From the NCBI GenBank assembly GCA_963662465.1, contig OY759599.1, positions 7,104,001 to 7,168,000 on the forward strand: a stretch of 64,000 nucleotides of DNA, written 5' to 3'. Below are positions 18,108 through 29,338 of this stretch, piece after piece; within the stretch, counting starts at the first letter, position 1; each line of letters begins with the position of its first letter. The position numbers and the translations under genes are program-made. The notes under the pieces were generated by a model. It had not been told where the DNA came from. It did not search any database and saw only the letters and a list, made by a program, of their open reading frames with translations. This DNA is from Desulfatiglandales bacterium. GTDB lineage: Bacteria; Desulfobacterota; DSM-4660; Desulfatiglandales; Desulfatiglandaceae.

Positions 18108-20105
18108 ATGAACCCATTAAATCCTGAAGAGACGAAATATGTCGGCGGAATTTCGCCCGCTGTTCTGGGTGTTGTGGATTTCTGTTTACTGAACCTGGCG
18201 TTTTTTCTGCTCAATTACTGTAAAAGGGGATCTTTTGAGTTGGCCCCAAAATATGGGAAGCTGCTGCTGGCCTTTTATGGGGTCTGGCTGGTGATTTCCC
18301 TGGCCAATAAGAAATTTCAGTGGCGGGAATACGCAGGGTTGGAAAAGGGGCTGTGGACCCTGGTCCGATGCGGGCTGTATCTGGCCTACTGTGTGGCCGT
18401 CATGGTGGTGATCATGGGCCTTTATGCCTATTCCAGGGGGCAGGTGTTTGGGACCTGCCTGGTGTTTGTGGGACTGGAAGGGGTCGTGTTCGGGGGGGCG
18501 TATTTCCTGCTTCGGCGGTCCAATGGGGGGGACGTAAGGCGGGAACCATTGATGGTGGCGCGCCCTGCCCGAATTTCCTGGCGGCTGGCGGTGGTGGATT
18601 TTGTGCTGGTGGGGGTTTCCTTTTTAGTGGTCAATTATCTGAAACGGGACAGCTTTCATATCCTTCCGGATTATGAGAAACTGCTGCTGTTGATCTATGG
18701 GTTGTGGTTTGTCTGTTCGCTGGTCACCCGGAAGTTTGAACATCTGAATTACATGAATTACTACCATGGCCTCTGGCCGTGGATCAAGGCGATGATTCTG
18801 TTGGCCTTTTCCCTGGGGGTGATGGTTTTTCTGTTTCGGTTTCAGTATTTTTCAAGAACCCAGGTGTTTGGGCCCATGGTCTTGCTGATGGTGTTGGAGA
18901 CGGTTTTCTACCGGTTTTATTTTGAGCGCAAAAAACGGGTCGGCGCCGAGGGAGATATTGAATCTGCTGATACAGTGTCCCGCATCCTGAAGCAGGAACC
19001 GTTGACGGTGGAAACGGATCTGGAGGCCCTGAAGCAGGCGTTTTTGTCGCCCATTCGGGAGCGGTTGCGGGATCGGTACCTGAAAAATCATTCGGGGCTG
19101 TTTTCGCTCATGGACCGGTCCATGGATCTGGAGGGCATTTTAAGGGCGGAAACGGCCATTCGAAACAGCAGTGAAATGCTCTATTCCGATACCGCGGGCG
19201 AGCGATACATGCGGTTGTTCGTTAATCTGCGGAAGATCAATGATATTCGGTATATCAACCAGTATTTTCTGGCGGTGCATAATTTGTTGATTCCCGGGGG
19301 GTACCTGGTGGGGCGCGCCCATACCCTTGCCACCCATCGGGAATGGATGATCCGGAAGTTTCCGCGGCAGTTGGCCAATGCCCTGTACGCAGTGGATTTT
19401 CTGTTTAACCGGGTGATGCCCAAACTTCCATGGGTCAAGCAGGTCTATTTTTCCGTGACCAGGGGGAAGAATCGGGTCATGAGCCGATCGGAGTTGCTGG
19501 GCAGGCTTTGTTTCTGCGGGTTTGAGATTGTGGGGGAAGAAGATATTGACGAACGGTTCTGCTTTGTGGCGCGAAAGGCCAAAACCATCTCCAGGGTGGA
19601 AAACCCGTCTTATGGTCCCCTGGTGGGGTTTAACCGGATCGGGGCCGGCAATAAACCCATTCGAACCTATAAATTCCGGACCATGCACCCCTATTCCGAA
19701 TTTCTGCAGGATTATGTGTATGAGAAAAGCGGCCTTCAAAAGGGGGGAAAGCTGGAGAATGATTTTCGCATTACGGCCTGGGGAAAGGTGATGCGGAAAC
19801 TCTGGCTGGATGAGCTGCCCATGCTGTACAACTGGGTGCGGGGGGAGCTGCAGCTCTTTGGGGTGCGGCCGTTGAGTGCGCACTATTTCAGTTTGTATCC
19901 ACAGGATTTGCAGGAACTGAGGGGGCGGGTGAAGCCGGGGCTGGTGCCGCCGTTTTATGCGGATATGCCGGTGACGTTTGAGGAGATCTGTGAGTCGGAG
20001 CGGCGGTATATTTTGGCTTATTTGGAACGGCCGGTTTGGACTCAGGTGGTTTACTTTTGGAAGGCTTTTTGTAATATTGTGTTTCGGGGTGCGAGGAGCG
20101 GGTGA
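18108..20105 (+). CDS. Bacterial sugar transferase (priming glycosyltransferase) with a duplicated membrane module
   Basis: YKFRTM, DFRITAWGKVMRKLWLDELP, GVRP, KPGL motifs. Confidence 0.9.
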   Translation: MNPLNPEETKYVGGISPAVLGVVDFCLLNLAFFLLNYCKRGSFELAPKYGKLLLAFYGVWLVISLANKKFQWREYAGLEKGLWTLVRCGLYLAYCVAVMVVIMGLYAYSRGQVFGTCLVFVGLEGVVFGGAYFLLRRSNGGDVRREPLMVARPARISWRLAVVDFVLVGVSFLVVNYLKRDSFHILPDYEKLLLLIYGLWFVCSLVTRKFEHLNYMNYYHGLWPWIKAMILLAFSLGVMVFLFRFQYFSRTQVFGPMVLLMVLETVFYRFYFERKKRVGAEGDIESADTVSRILKQEPLTVETDLEALKQAFLSPIRERLRDRYLKNHSGLFSLMDRSMDLEGILRAETAIRNSSEMLYSDTAGERYMRLFVNLRKINDIRYINQYFLAVHNLLIPGGYLVGRAHTLATHREWMIRKFPRQLANALYAVDFLFNRVMPKLPWVKQVYFSVTRGKNRVMSRSELLGRLCFCGFEIVGEEDIDERFCFVARKAKTISRVENPSYGPLVGFNRIGAGNKPIRTYKFRTMHPYSEFLQDYVYEKSGLQKGGKLENDFRITAWGKVMRKLWLDELPMLYNWVRGELQLFGVRPLSAHYFSLYPQDLQELRGRVKPGLVPPFYADMPVTFEEICESERRYILAYLERPVWTQVVYFWKAFCNIVFRGARSG

Positions 20106-20304
20106 TGTTTAACTTGCGCAGAGACGGAAAAGCAGTTTTGGGTTTTGAGTTTTGGGTTTTGGGTTTTGGGTTAGGGAACTGCAGTTTTGGGTTTTGGGTT
20201 TTGAGTTTTGGGTTAGGGAACTAGGGAAAAGCAGTTTTGGGTTTTGGGTTTTGAGTTTTGGGTTAGGGAACTAGGGAACAGCAGTTTTGGGTTTTGGGTT
20301 TTGG

Positions 20305-20490
20305 GTGAAAGGAAGATAGATGCGCGGACTTTTGAGTTTGCTTTACTGGTTGTGGATGGTTATAAATTTCTTCTGGGGAAAAAGGAGTTTGTGCTTTCGA
20401 AGCAGTTTTTAAGGTCTGGTACTTCGATCGGTGCGAATGTGACGGAGGCCCAAGCTGCCCAAAGCAGGAAAGATTTCATTAAAACTGTAG
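20305..20490 (+). pseudogene. Third, deleted copy of the four-helix-bundle gene between TTTTGGG/CCCAAAA arrays
   Basis: Same deletion junction as the 16667 copy. Confidence 0.85.
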
Positions 20491-20742
20491 TTTCTTCCAA
20501 AACCCAAAACCCAAAACCCAAAACTCAAAACCGCCTTTTCAATGCCCAAAACCCAAAACCAAAAACCGCCTTTTCAACCGTTGTGGCCGAGGGTTCTCTC
20601 GCCCCGGTTAAATAAGGGCCAAAGAGATTTAACTGGGTAAACAAAAAGGCGCAAAAGACGCAAAGACGAATTGAAGATGAAATCTGAGAGTGTAAAAGCT
20701 GGGAGGCAATTGGATCCAGGGTCTGAAGGAGGTGATTGATCG

Positions 20743-21057
20743 ATGCCCCAAATAACGGTTGAAGTACCCAAGAATATAAATGATCTCGTGGGTGAAGTTG
20801 GTAAGGCAATTTACATTGAGACACTGAAAGAGGTTGCGTTTAAGCGGAAGGCCTACAGCAAAAGGGAATTAGAGGATTTAAAAAAGAAGATATGCTTTTT
20901 TGAGCGAAAGTACAATGCCTCATGCGAAGAATTTCTCTCGGATGTGCCGGATACTGTTCAGGGACATGATGATTGGATTGAATGGACCTATTTGATCAAC
21001 GCAGCAGAGGATTTATCAAATAAAATTAAAACATTATCCTTTTTGATTGGTAAATGA
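20743..21057 (+). CDS. Putative antitoxin-like small protein
   Basis: FERKYNASCEEF...HDDWIEW; coupled to a downstream ORF. Confidence 0.6.
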   Translation: MPQITVEVPKNINDLVGEVGKAIYIETLKEVAFKRKAYSKRELEDLKKKICFFERKYNASCEEFLSDVPDTVQGHDDWIEWTYLINAAEDLSNKIKTLSFLIGK

Positions 21058-21151
21058 TGCAGGATAGCCTGAGAAACACGATAGATGCATATGCGGATAT
21101 TATCGAAGGTGTGGAAGACCTGAAGATCGCTCAGAAAAATGTGGTCTCCAG
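21054..21151 (+). pseudogene. 5' stub of the partner gene, cut by the IS
   Basis: MMQDSLRNTIDAYADII..., interrupted at the TIR; I found no continuation in the window. Confidence 0.5.
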
Positions 21152-23157
21152 CGCATAAGTCTAAATGTTGTGGGGTTTACTCTAACATATTGAAATTATT
21201 TCATCTGTTAAACGGTTCAGAATCAATATCCTAATCAAAGCGCATTTCGTGAGGCCAAACATTTTTTCCTGAATTCGCCTTAGCGGAAAAAAGTTAGGGA
21301 CTTTTTTTGATAAGTGTGCATAATCATAGTGCAACAGTCTATGTTAAATTAGAGAGGTTGCACATGATTAATAATATTAAGAGAGCTTTGACAATGTTGG
21401 ACAAAGCTCAAAACAGACTTGCAAGACAATGTTATTACGATCCAAAACAGTATCCTGAGATTTTCTTTGAAATTGAGAAATGCATTAATGCCATCAGATC
21501 ATGGATCAATGAAAGGGAGATGTTTCAATCATTGCAATATTTTTATGTAACATTGTCTGCTCTTATTGATGAACTTGGTAGGTTAATAAGTCAATTATGG
21601 GATATTTGTAAGCCAATAAAAGGGAAAAAAAGCATTCCAAAAACACAACGGGATCGACAGAAAATTAGAATCTTTTATTCAATTCGTTCAATGATAAGTA
21701 ATATTACTAAAAAATTGAATAATGTAAAAAGTCGTGATAGTACAATCAGTATTGCATTTGAGATAGGGATGTTAAAATCTTTTGATAAATCCATAATCGA
21801 AAATGTAAAAAAGAAAATGGAAGACCTTGTTTCTAAACGAGGAAATCAAACATATATCTTTCCTTATAATAACACCGAAAGCTATCATGCTCTCGTAAAA
21901 GACAGTAAGAAGTTTCGCATTGAAGTATTAGATAAACTCGATAAATATGATCACCACACAGGCCATAATTCAACATGTTCTGGACCTAAAGAATATATTT
22001 TATCTGGTTTCCGCGGGAATCCTCGAAAAACAATAATGAATGGAGGAGAACAACAGACATTCCCAATCCGCATGATACAATGCCGGAAGTGCAAACAAAA
22101 GTTCTCTCTTGTTCCCAGCTTTCTCCCAAGGGAAAAGAATTTTGGTATAGAGATTATTGGGCACGTATTTCGGAATATGTACCGTTTTAATGCGAGCATT
22201 CAAGGAGCCATCGAAAGCCTTAAAATTATTGGCAAAAAAAGTGTCAAAAGCAAACAAACCATCTTGAACTGGAATCGATGGGCAGGAACACTTCATCCTG
22301 CAACAATACTAACAAGAGCAGGAGTGAAAGGCTCAGGATATCTACAGGAAGATGAGGGCTTTGAAAAAGAACCAAATTTAAGAACTTATTCTGTAGTTAT
22401 GGTCGATCCTGAAAATTTATTAGTATGGCACTCCGATTATGTTGATCATGTTGATGAAGAAAACCTGTGCGGTTCATTTGAGGATTTTTTGCAAAAAATC
22501 GACTTCAAAATCCTTGGTGTAACAAAAGATAAGTGGAAAGCCTCAACCAATGCTATCAAGACCGTATTCCATAACATTTGGGTCGGATATTGCCATCGTC
22601 ATTGTTTGAAAAACTTCTACGATGCACTATCAAAATATCAAAAAGAATCAAAATGTACCGACCAAGAAGTGGACAAGTTTTATAAAAAATTTAAGAAAGT
22701 TTTGAAAACATCCACATCTAAAGTTAACTTGGAAGTAAAGATTAAGGCATTAGATGACGATGCATTTTCTCATCCATTACTAAAAAAGAGGGTAGTAGAA
22801 TTAAAAGAAAATGCCACTCATTATACCTCTCATAAAAATAGAAATGGGATAAAACAAACAACCTCCATTGTTGACAATTATTTAAAAGGAATCAAACGTA
22901 AACTAAAACAAATTGAGAGTTTTCGAGATAAGAAATGGGCAAGTCTTTTCTTTCGAGCACATGCGACTATCAGGAATTTTGTCCCATTTTTACCTGGCGC
23001 AAAAAATGCTCATAAAAGTCCCTTTGAATTAGCCAACGGCCAAACATTTGACTTACCTTGGATTCAAGTTATGAATGTTCATAATGCATTCTTGTTTACC
23101 GAAAACGCCTTTTAATTTTGATGGGTTATACAACCCCACAACATTTAGACTTATGCG
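21152..23157 (+). mobile_element. 2006-bp IS, copy 1 (Mutator/IS256/ISH6-like)
   Basis: 26-bp TIR CGCATAAGTCTAAATGTTGTGGGGTT; AT-rich; three copies. Confidence 0.92.
21307..23115 (+). CDS. Transposase (likely start ATG 21364)
   Basis: CxxC finger, QEDEG, TKDKW, CHRH (CxxH), TTSIVDNY..IKRKLKQIESF. Confidence 0.8.
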   Translation: MISVHNHSATVYVKLERLHMINNIKRALTMLDKAQNRLARQCYYDPKQYPEIFFEIEKCINAIRSWINEREMFQSLQYFYVTLSALIDELGRLISQLWDICKPIKGKKSIPKTQRDRQKIRIFYSIRSMISNITKKLNNVKSRDSTISIAFEIGMLKSFDKSIIENVKKKMEDLVSKRGNQTYIFPYNNTESYHALVKDSKKFRIEVLDKLDKYDHHTGHNSTCSGPKEYILSGFRGNPRKTIMNGGEQQTFPIRMIQCRKCKQKFSLVPSFLPREKNFGIEIIGHVFRNMYRFNASIQGAIESLKIIGKKSVKSKQTILNWNRWAGTLHPATILTRAGVKGSGYLQEDEGFEKEPNLRTYSVVMVDPENLLVWHSDYVDHVDEENLCGSFEDFLQKIDFKILGVTKDKWKASTNAIKTVFHNIWVGYCHRHCLKNFYDALSKYQKESKCTDQEVDKFYKKFKKVLKTSTSKVNLEVKIKALDDDAFSHPLLKKRVVELKENATHYTSHKNRNGIKQTTSIVDNYLKGIKRKLKQIESFRDKKWASLFFRAHATIRNFVPFLPGAKNAHKSPFELANGQTFDLPWIQVMNVHNAFLFTENAF

Positions 23158-24440
23158 CACCCATACTTCTTCTTCTCCGCATCTATTGCTTCTTTAATCC
23201 GTGTCACTTTTGTTATTTGATAACGTATTTTTTCTTCAATCTTTTTCTCTCTTTTGACACTCCCTCTACCTTTACCAATATATTTCGTTTTACTTTCTAC
23301 TTCCCGCACATATTCATATTTGAGGAAATCTTTCACCCTATGTTTTTTCAAAATCGATTTTGCTGATTCTATTAATTTTTCTCTTTCTTTGATCTGCCTT
23401 TTCCCCGGGCCTCTTGGTGGTGTCAGAGCATATAATTTTTCCTCGGCGCTTTTAAGCCGTCGTTCCAATCCCAGTTCTTTTTGCTTTTCATACGCTGGTG
23501 ATTTTACAATCAATACGCGTTCCTTCCATTTCAGCACTTTTCCATTTATTTCACCAGATTGGTTACGCTCTATCTCATACCCTTTTGCTTTCAGTTCCTC
23601 TTGACCTTTATCGTCTTGGACGATGTACTTTATCAACTCGTTCTTTTTGTCTTTCAAATTTCCTTCATCTATCCATTTCTCCATATATTCTGGGGTTTTC
23701 CCAGTATTAGGCAATGGACATAAATAATGTCCTTCCGCTTTTTCCTTAATGTGTAAACGATTTTCAAGAGAACTCAGTTTGCAATCGCCCACATAAAGGA
23801 CACCTTGTTTCTGGAGCATAGAGTGAATGCGACTTATGATAGGTGCATACAATTTGTCATCGGCCATTTGCCCTGGAACAACATCCGTGGCTAACGGCAT
23901 CCCAAGAGGATCCAGCGAACCCGTCATGATTTTTATTTGCGGTCTATTGGGGTCGTCTTTACTAACACCAAATTGGAATATCCCACCTTCAACTGTTTTG
24001 TGGTAGCCGGATACAGTCGTAGCATCAACCCTGACAGTTTCTTCCGGCAACTCATATGCTTCAATCGTATTGCCACTTATTCTCTCTTCAACTTTTCTCC
24101 AAATATCATTATCGCTTAAATACCTGGCAAGATTAGCTAAACGATCGTCTGTAAAATCATTTTCGGAGATTATCAATCCTGTTAATTCGATTAAGGTATG
24201 CCGCATTCCAGATACATATTCCCGAACAACTACTTTGCGATGGTCTCCCTCCGATAACATATATGCCAACCATATAACAGCCGTCCATCCCCAGCTCAAA
24301 TCTCTTTGGTTCTTTTGAATTGGGATTTGTTGGTCTATAGCTTCTTGTATACCCATTTTCACCATGGCCTTTATCAATAGGGGTATATCGTCAACTCTTT
24401 CTGCTGTAACGTTAATCTTTTTGACCTTTTTCCTTTTGTT
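23158..24440 (-). pseudogene. IS1634-family transposase, N-terminal part (inverted)
   Basis: ERVDDIPLL, RVDATT, FGVSKD, YVGDCK; ends KKKYG at the IS end. Confidence 0.85.
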
Positions 24441-24750
24441 TGCAATGTGAGAGGCGCCATTATCCGATGATAGATTTACCTCACGCTTTTTCTTAGCAGT
24501 TTTCGTTTTATTTGATTTTTGCTTTTTTTTCGCTTCCTTACAGGTGCTGATTTTTTACCTTCTTCCAACCTGTTTCGTTGAAGCTTTGGGATTTTCTGCC
24601 GATCATTCTTCTGACCGAAAGGTCTGGGTTGATTTTCAGATTGACCGGTTTGTTGATTTGATGATGCACCGGCATTTATATTATTTCCAGTACCTGCTGA
24701 AATAGGTGATGCCTGCACCTTTGAAAAACTGCAAAACCAAACCAAAAAAC

Positions 24751-24843
24751 CGCATAAGTCTAAATGTTGTGGGGTTTACTCTAACATATTGAAATTATTT
24801 CATCTGTTAAACGGTTCCGAATCAATATCCTAATCAAAGCGCA
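24751..24843 (+). repeat. 93-bp duplicated left end of the 2006-bp IS
   Basis: Same as 24844-24936. Confidence 0.9.
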
Positions 24844-26849
24844 CGCATAAGTCTAAATGTTGTGGGGTTTACTCTAACATATTGAAATTATTTCATCTGT
24901 TAAACGGTTCCGAATCAATATCCTAATCAAAGCGCATTTCGTGAGGCCAAACATTTTTTCCTGAATTCGCCTTAGCGGAAAAAAGTTAGGGACTTTTTTT
25001 GATAAGTGTGCATAATCATAGTGCAACAGTCTATGTTAAATTAGAGAGGTTGCACATGATTAATAATATTAAGAGAGCTTTGACAATGTTGGACAAAGCT
25101 CAAAACAGACTTGCAAGACAATGTTATTACGATCCAAAACAGTATCCTGAGATTTTCTTTGAAATTGAGAAATGCATTAATGCCATCAGATCATGGATCA
25201 ATGAAAGGGAGATGTTTCAATCATTGCAATATTTTTATGTAACATTGTCTGCTCTTATTGATGAACTTGGTAGGTTAATAAGTCAATTATGGGATATTTG
25301 TAAGCCAATAAAAGGGAAAAAAAGCATTCCAAAAACACAACGGGATCGACAGAAAATTAGAATCTTTTATTCAATTCGTTCAATGATAAGTAATATTACT
25401 AAAAAATTGAATAATGTAAAAAGTCGTGATAGTACAATCAGTATTGCATTTGAGATAGGGATGTTAAAATCTTTTGATAAATCCATAATCGAAAATGTAA
25501 AAAAGAAAATGGAAGACCTTGTTTCTAAACGAGGAAATCAAACATATATCTTTCCTTATAATAACACCGAAAGCTATCATGCTCTCGTAAAAGATAGTAA
25601 GAAGTTTCGCATTGAAGTATTAGATAAACTCGATAAATATGATCACCACACAGGCCATAATTCAACATGTTCTGGACCTAAAGAATATATTTTATCTGGT
25701 TTCCGCGGGAATCCTCGAAAAACAATAATGAATGGAGGAGAACAACAGACATTCCCAATCCGCATGATACAATGCCGGAAGTGCAAACAAAAGTTCTCTC
25801 TTGTTCCCAGCTTTCTCCCAAGGGAAAAGAATTTTGGTATAGAGATTATTGGGCACGTATTTCGGAATATGTACCGTTTTAATGCGAGCATTCAAGGAGC
25901 CACCGAAAGCCTTAAAATTATTGGCAAAAAAAGTGTCAAAAGCAAACAAACCATCTTGAACTGGAATCGATGGGCAGGAACACTTCATCCTGCAACAATA
26001 CTAACAAGAGCAGGAGTGAAAGGCTCAGGATATCTACAGGAAGATGAGGGCTTTGAAAAAGAACCAAATTTAAGAACTTATTCTGTAGTTATGGTCGATC
26101 CTGAAAATTTATTAGTATGGCACTCCGATTATGTTGATCATGTTGATGAAGAAAACCTGTGCGGTTCATTTGAGGATTTTTTGCAAAAAATCGACTTCAA
26201 AATCCTTGGTGTAACAAAAGATAAGTGGAAAGCCTCAACCAATGCTATCAAGACCGTATTCCATAACATTTGGGTCGGATATTGCCATCGTCATTGTTTG
26301 AAAAACTTCTACGATGCACTATCAAAATATCAAAAAGAATCAAAATGTACCGACCAAGAAGTGGACAAGTTTTATAAAAAATTTAAGAAAGTTTTGAAAA
26401 CATCCACATCTAAAGTTAACTTGGAAGTAAAGATTAAGGCATTAGATGACGATGCATTTTCTCATCCATTACTAAAAAAGAGGGTAGTAGAATTAAAAGA
26501 AAATGCCACTCATTATACCTCTCATAAAAATAGAAATGGGATAAAACAAACAACCTCCATTGTTGACAATTATTTAAAAGGAATCAAACGTAAACTAAAA
26601 CAAATTGAGAGTTTTCGAGATAAGAAATGGGCAAGTCTTTTCTTTCGAGCACATGCGACTATCAGGAATTTTGTCCCATTTTTACCTGGCGCAAAAAATG
26701 CTCATAAAAGTCCCTTTGAATTAGCCAACGGCCAAACATTTGACTTACCTTGGATTCAAGTTATGAATGTTCATAATGCATTCTTGTTTACCGAAAACGC
26801 CTTTTAATTTTGATGGGTTATACAACCCCACAACATTTAGACTTATGCG
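24844..26849 (+). mobile_element. 2006-bp IS, copy 2 (CDS 24999..26807)
   Basis: TIRs; I>T substitution relative to the other copies. Confidence 0.92.
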
Positions 26850-26856
26850 CAAAAAA

Positions 26857-28862
26857 CGCATAAGTCTAAATGTTGTGGGGTTTACTCTAACATATTGAAA
26901 TTATTTCATCTGTTAAACGGTTCCGAATCAATATCCTAATCAAAGCGCATTTCGTGAGGCCAAACATTTTTTCCTGAATTCGCCTTAGCGGAAAAAAGTT
27001 AGGGACTTTTTTTGATAAGTGTGCATAATCATAGTGCAACAGTCTATGTTAAATTAGAGAGGTTGCACATGATTAATAATATTAAGAGAGCTTTGACAAT
27101 GTTGGACAAAGCTCAAAACAGACTTGCAAGACAATGTTATTACGATCCAAAACAGTATCCTGAGATTTTCTTTGAAATTGAGAAATGCATTAATGCCATC
27201 AGATCATGGATCAATGAAAGGGAGATGTTTCAATCATTGCAATATTTTTATGTAACATTGTCTGCTCTTATTGATGAACTTGGTAGGTTAATAAGTCAAT
27301 TATGGGATATTTGTAAGCCAATAAAAGGGAAAAAAAGCATTCCAAAAACACAACGGGATCGACAGAAAATTAGAATCTTTTATTCAATTCGTTCAATGAT
27401 AAGTAATATTACTAAAAAATTGAATAATGTAAAAAGTCGTGATAGTACAATCAGTATTGCATTTGAGATAGGGATGTTAAAATCTTTTGATAAATCCATA
27501 ATCGAAAATGTAAAAAAGAAAATGGAAGACCTTGTTTCTAAACGAGGAAATCAAACATATATCTTTCCTTATAATAACACCGAAAGCTATCATGCTCTCG
27601 TAAAAGATAGTAAGAAGTTTCGCATTGAAGTATTAGATAAACTCGATAAATATGATCACCACACAGGCCATAATTCAACATGTTCTGGACCTAAAGAATA
27701 TATTTTATCTGGTTTCCGCGGGAATCCTCGAAAAACAATAATGAATGGAGGAGAACAACAGACATTCCCAATCCGCATGATACAATGCCGGAAGTGCAAA
27801 CAAAAGTTCTCTCTTGTTCCCAGCTTTCTCCCAAGGGAAAAGAATTTTGGTATAGAGATTATTGGGCACGTATTTCGGAATATGTACCGTTTTAATGCGA
27901 GCATTCAAGGAGCCATCGAAAGCCTTAAAATTATTGGCAAAAAAAGTGTCAAAAGCAAACAAACCATCTTGAACTGGAATCGATGGGCAGGAACACTTCA
28001 TCCTGCAACAATACTAACAAGAGCAGGAGTGAAAGGCTCAGGATATCTACAGGAAGATGAGGGCTTTGAAAAAGAACCAAATTTAAGAACTTATTCTGTA
28101 GTTATGGTCGATCCTGAAAATTTATTAGTATGGCACTCCGATTATGTTGATCATGTTGATGAAGAAAACCTGTGCGGTTCATTTGAGGATTTTTTGCAAA
28201 AAATCGACTTCAAAATCCTTGGTGTAACAAAAGATAAGTGGAAAGCCTCAACCAATGCTATCAAGACCGTATTCCATAACATTTGGGTCGGATATTGCCA
28301 TCGTCATTGTTTGAAAAACTTCTACGATGCACTATCAAAATATCAAAAAGAATCAAAATGTACCGACCAAGAAGTGGACAAGCTTTATAAAAAATTTAAG
28401 AAAGTTTTGAAAACATCCACATCTAAAGTTAACTTGGAAGTAAAGATTAAGGCATTAGATGACGATGCATTTTCTCATCCATTACTAAAAAAGAGGGTAG
28501 TAGAATTAAAAGAAAATGCCACTCATTATACCTCTCATAAAAATAGAAATGGGATAAAACAAACAACCTCCATTGTTGACAATTATTTAAAAGGAATCAA
28601 ACGTAAACTAAAACAAATTGAGAGTTTTCGAGATAAGAAATGGGCAAGTCTTTTCTTTCGAGCACATGCGACTATCAGGAATTTTGTCCCATTTTTACCT
28701 GGCGCAAAAAATGCTCATAAAAGTCCCTTTGAATTAGCCAACGGCCAAACATTTGACTTACCTTGGATTCAAGTTATGAATGTTCATAATGCATTCTTGT
28801 TTACCGAAAACGCCTTTTAATTTTGATGGGTTATACAACCCCACAACATTTAGACTTATGCG
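26857..28862 (+). mobile_element. 2006-bp IS, copy 3 (CDS 27012..28820)
   Basis: TIRs; F>L substitution; 7 bp from copy 2. Confidence 0.92.
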
Positions 28863-29338
28863 TATGGGTGGAAGGCCTATGTTACAGATGTATCAAGGGA
28901 GCGACTTGATTTTATCGATGTAGTTAGGTCTTATCGAAAACAATACCGGGTTGAACGAATATTTAACCGGCTGAAAAGTAGGCTAAACATCGCCCCGTTT
29001 TACGTCAAAAGGGAAGATCAAGTTAAAGGAATAACGCATCTTCTGATGATAGGAGTCAGGGTAATTACTCTGGTTGAATTTGTTGTTCGCCGCTCATTAG
29101 CAAGAAGCGACGAAAAGCTTGTTGGATTGCACCTGGGAAATCCCAAGAAAGCTACGAGCAATCCAACGTGTGAGAAACTATTAAATGCTTTCAGCAAAAT
29201 TACATTAACGATAATTGGTGTCCTTTCTGCAAGCCTGCATAGGGCAAATTTTTTCATTTTTTTTTGGGTGGCCGGAAGACGCTAGGTGGCGAGCTCCGTT
29301 ATCCGGCGTCTTCTGTCGATCTGATTATCTGTGAGTTA

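Noticed and set aside
11361..18357. Diversity-generating retroelement (Avd-like gene, RT and repeated gene segment)
   Set aside because: The RT is inside a complete group II intron, and differences among the sugar-transferase copies are not adenine-specific.
650..21151. CRISPR array
   Set aside because: Repeats are degenerate with irregular, kilobase-scale spacing; no cas genes.
650..21151. Classical integron/CALIN
   Set aside because: I found no consistent RYYYAAC...GTTRRRY attC sites and no intI; the recombinases present belong to a RIT.
24476..24745. Programmed -1 frameshift fusing the upstream ORF to the IS1634 transposase at an A8 run
   Set aside because: The frames are compatible, but there is no other support and the region is truncated by an IS.
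21152..28862. Triple IS as a pure assembly artefact
   Set aside because: The copies carry private SNPs and the junctions have coherent 8-bp target logic; long-read confirmation is still desirable.
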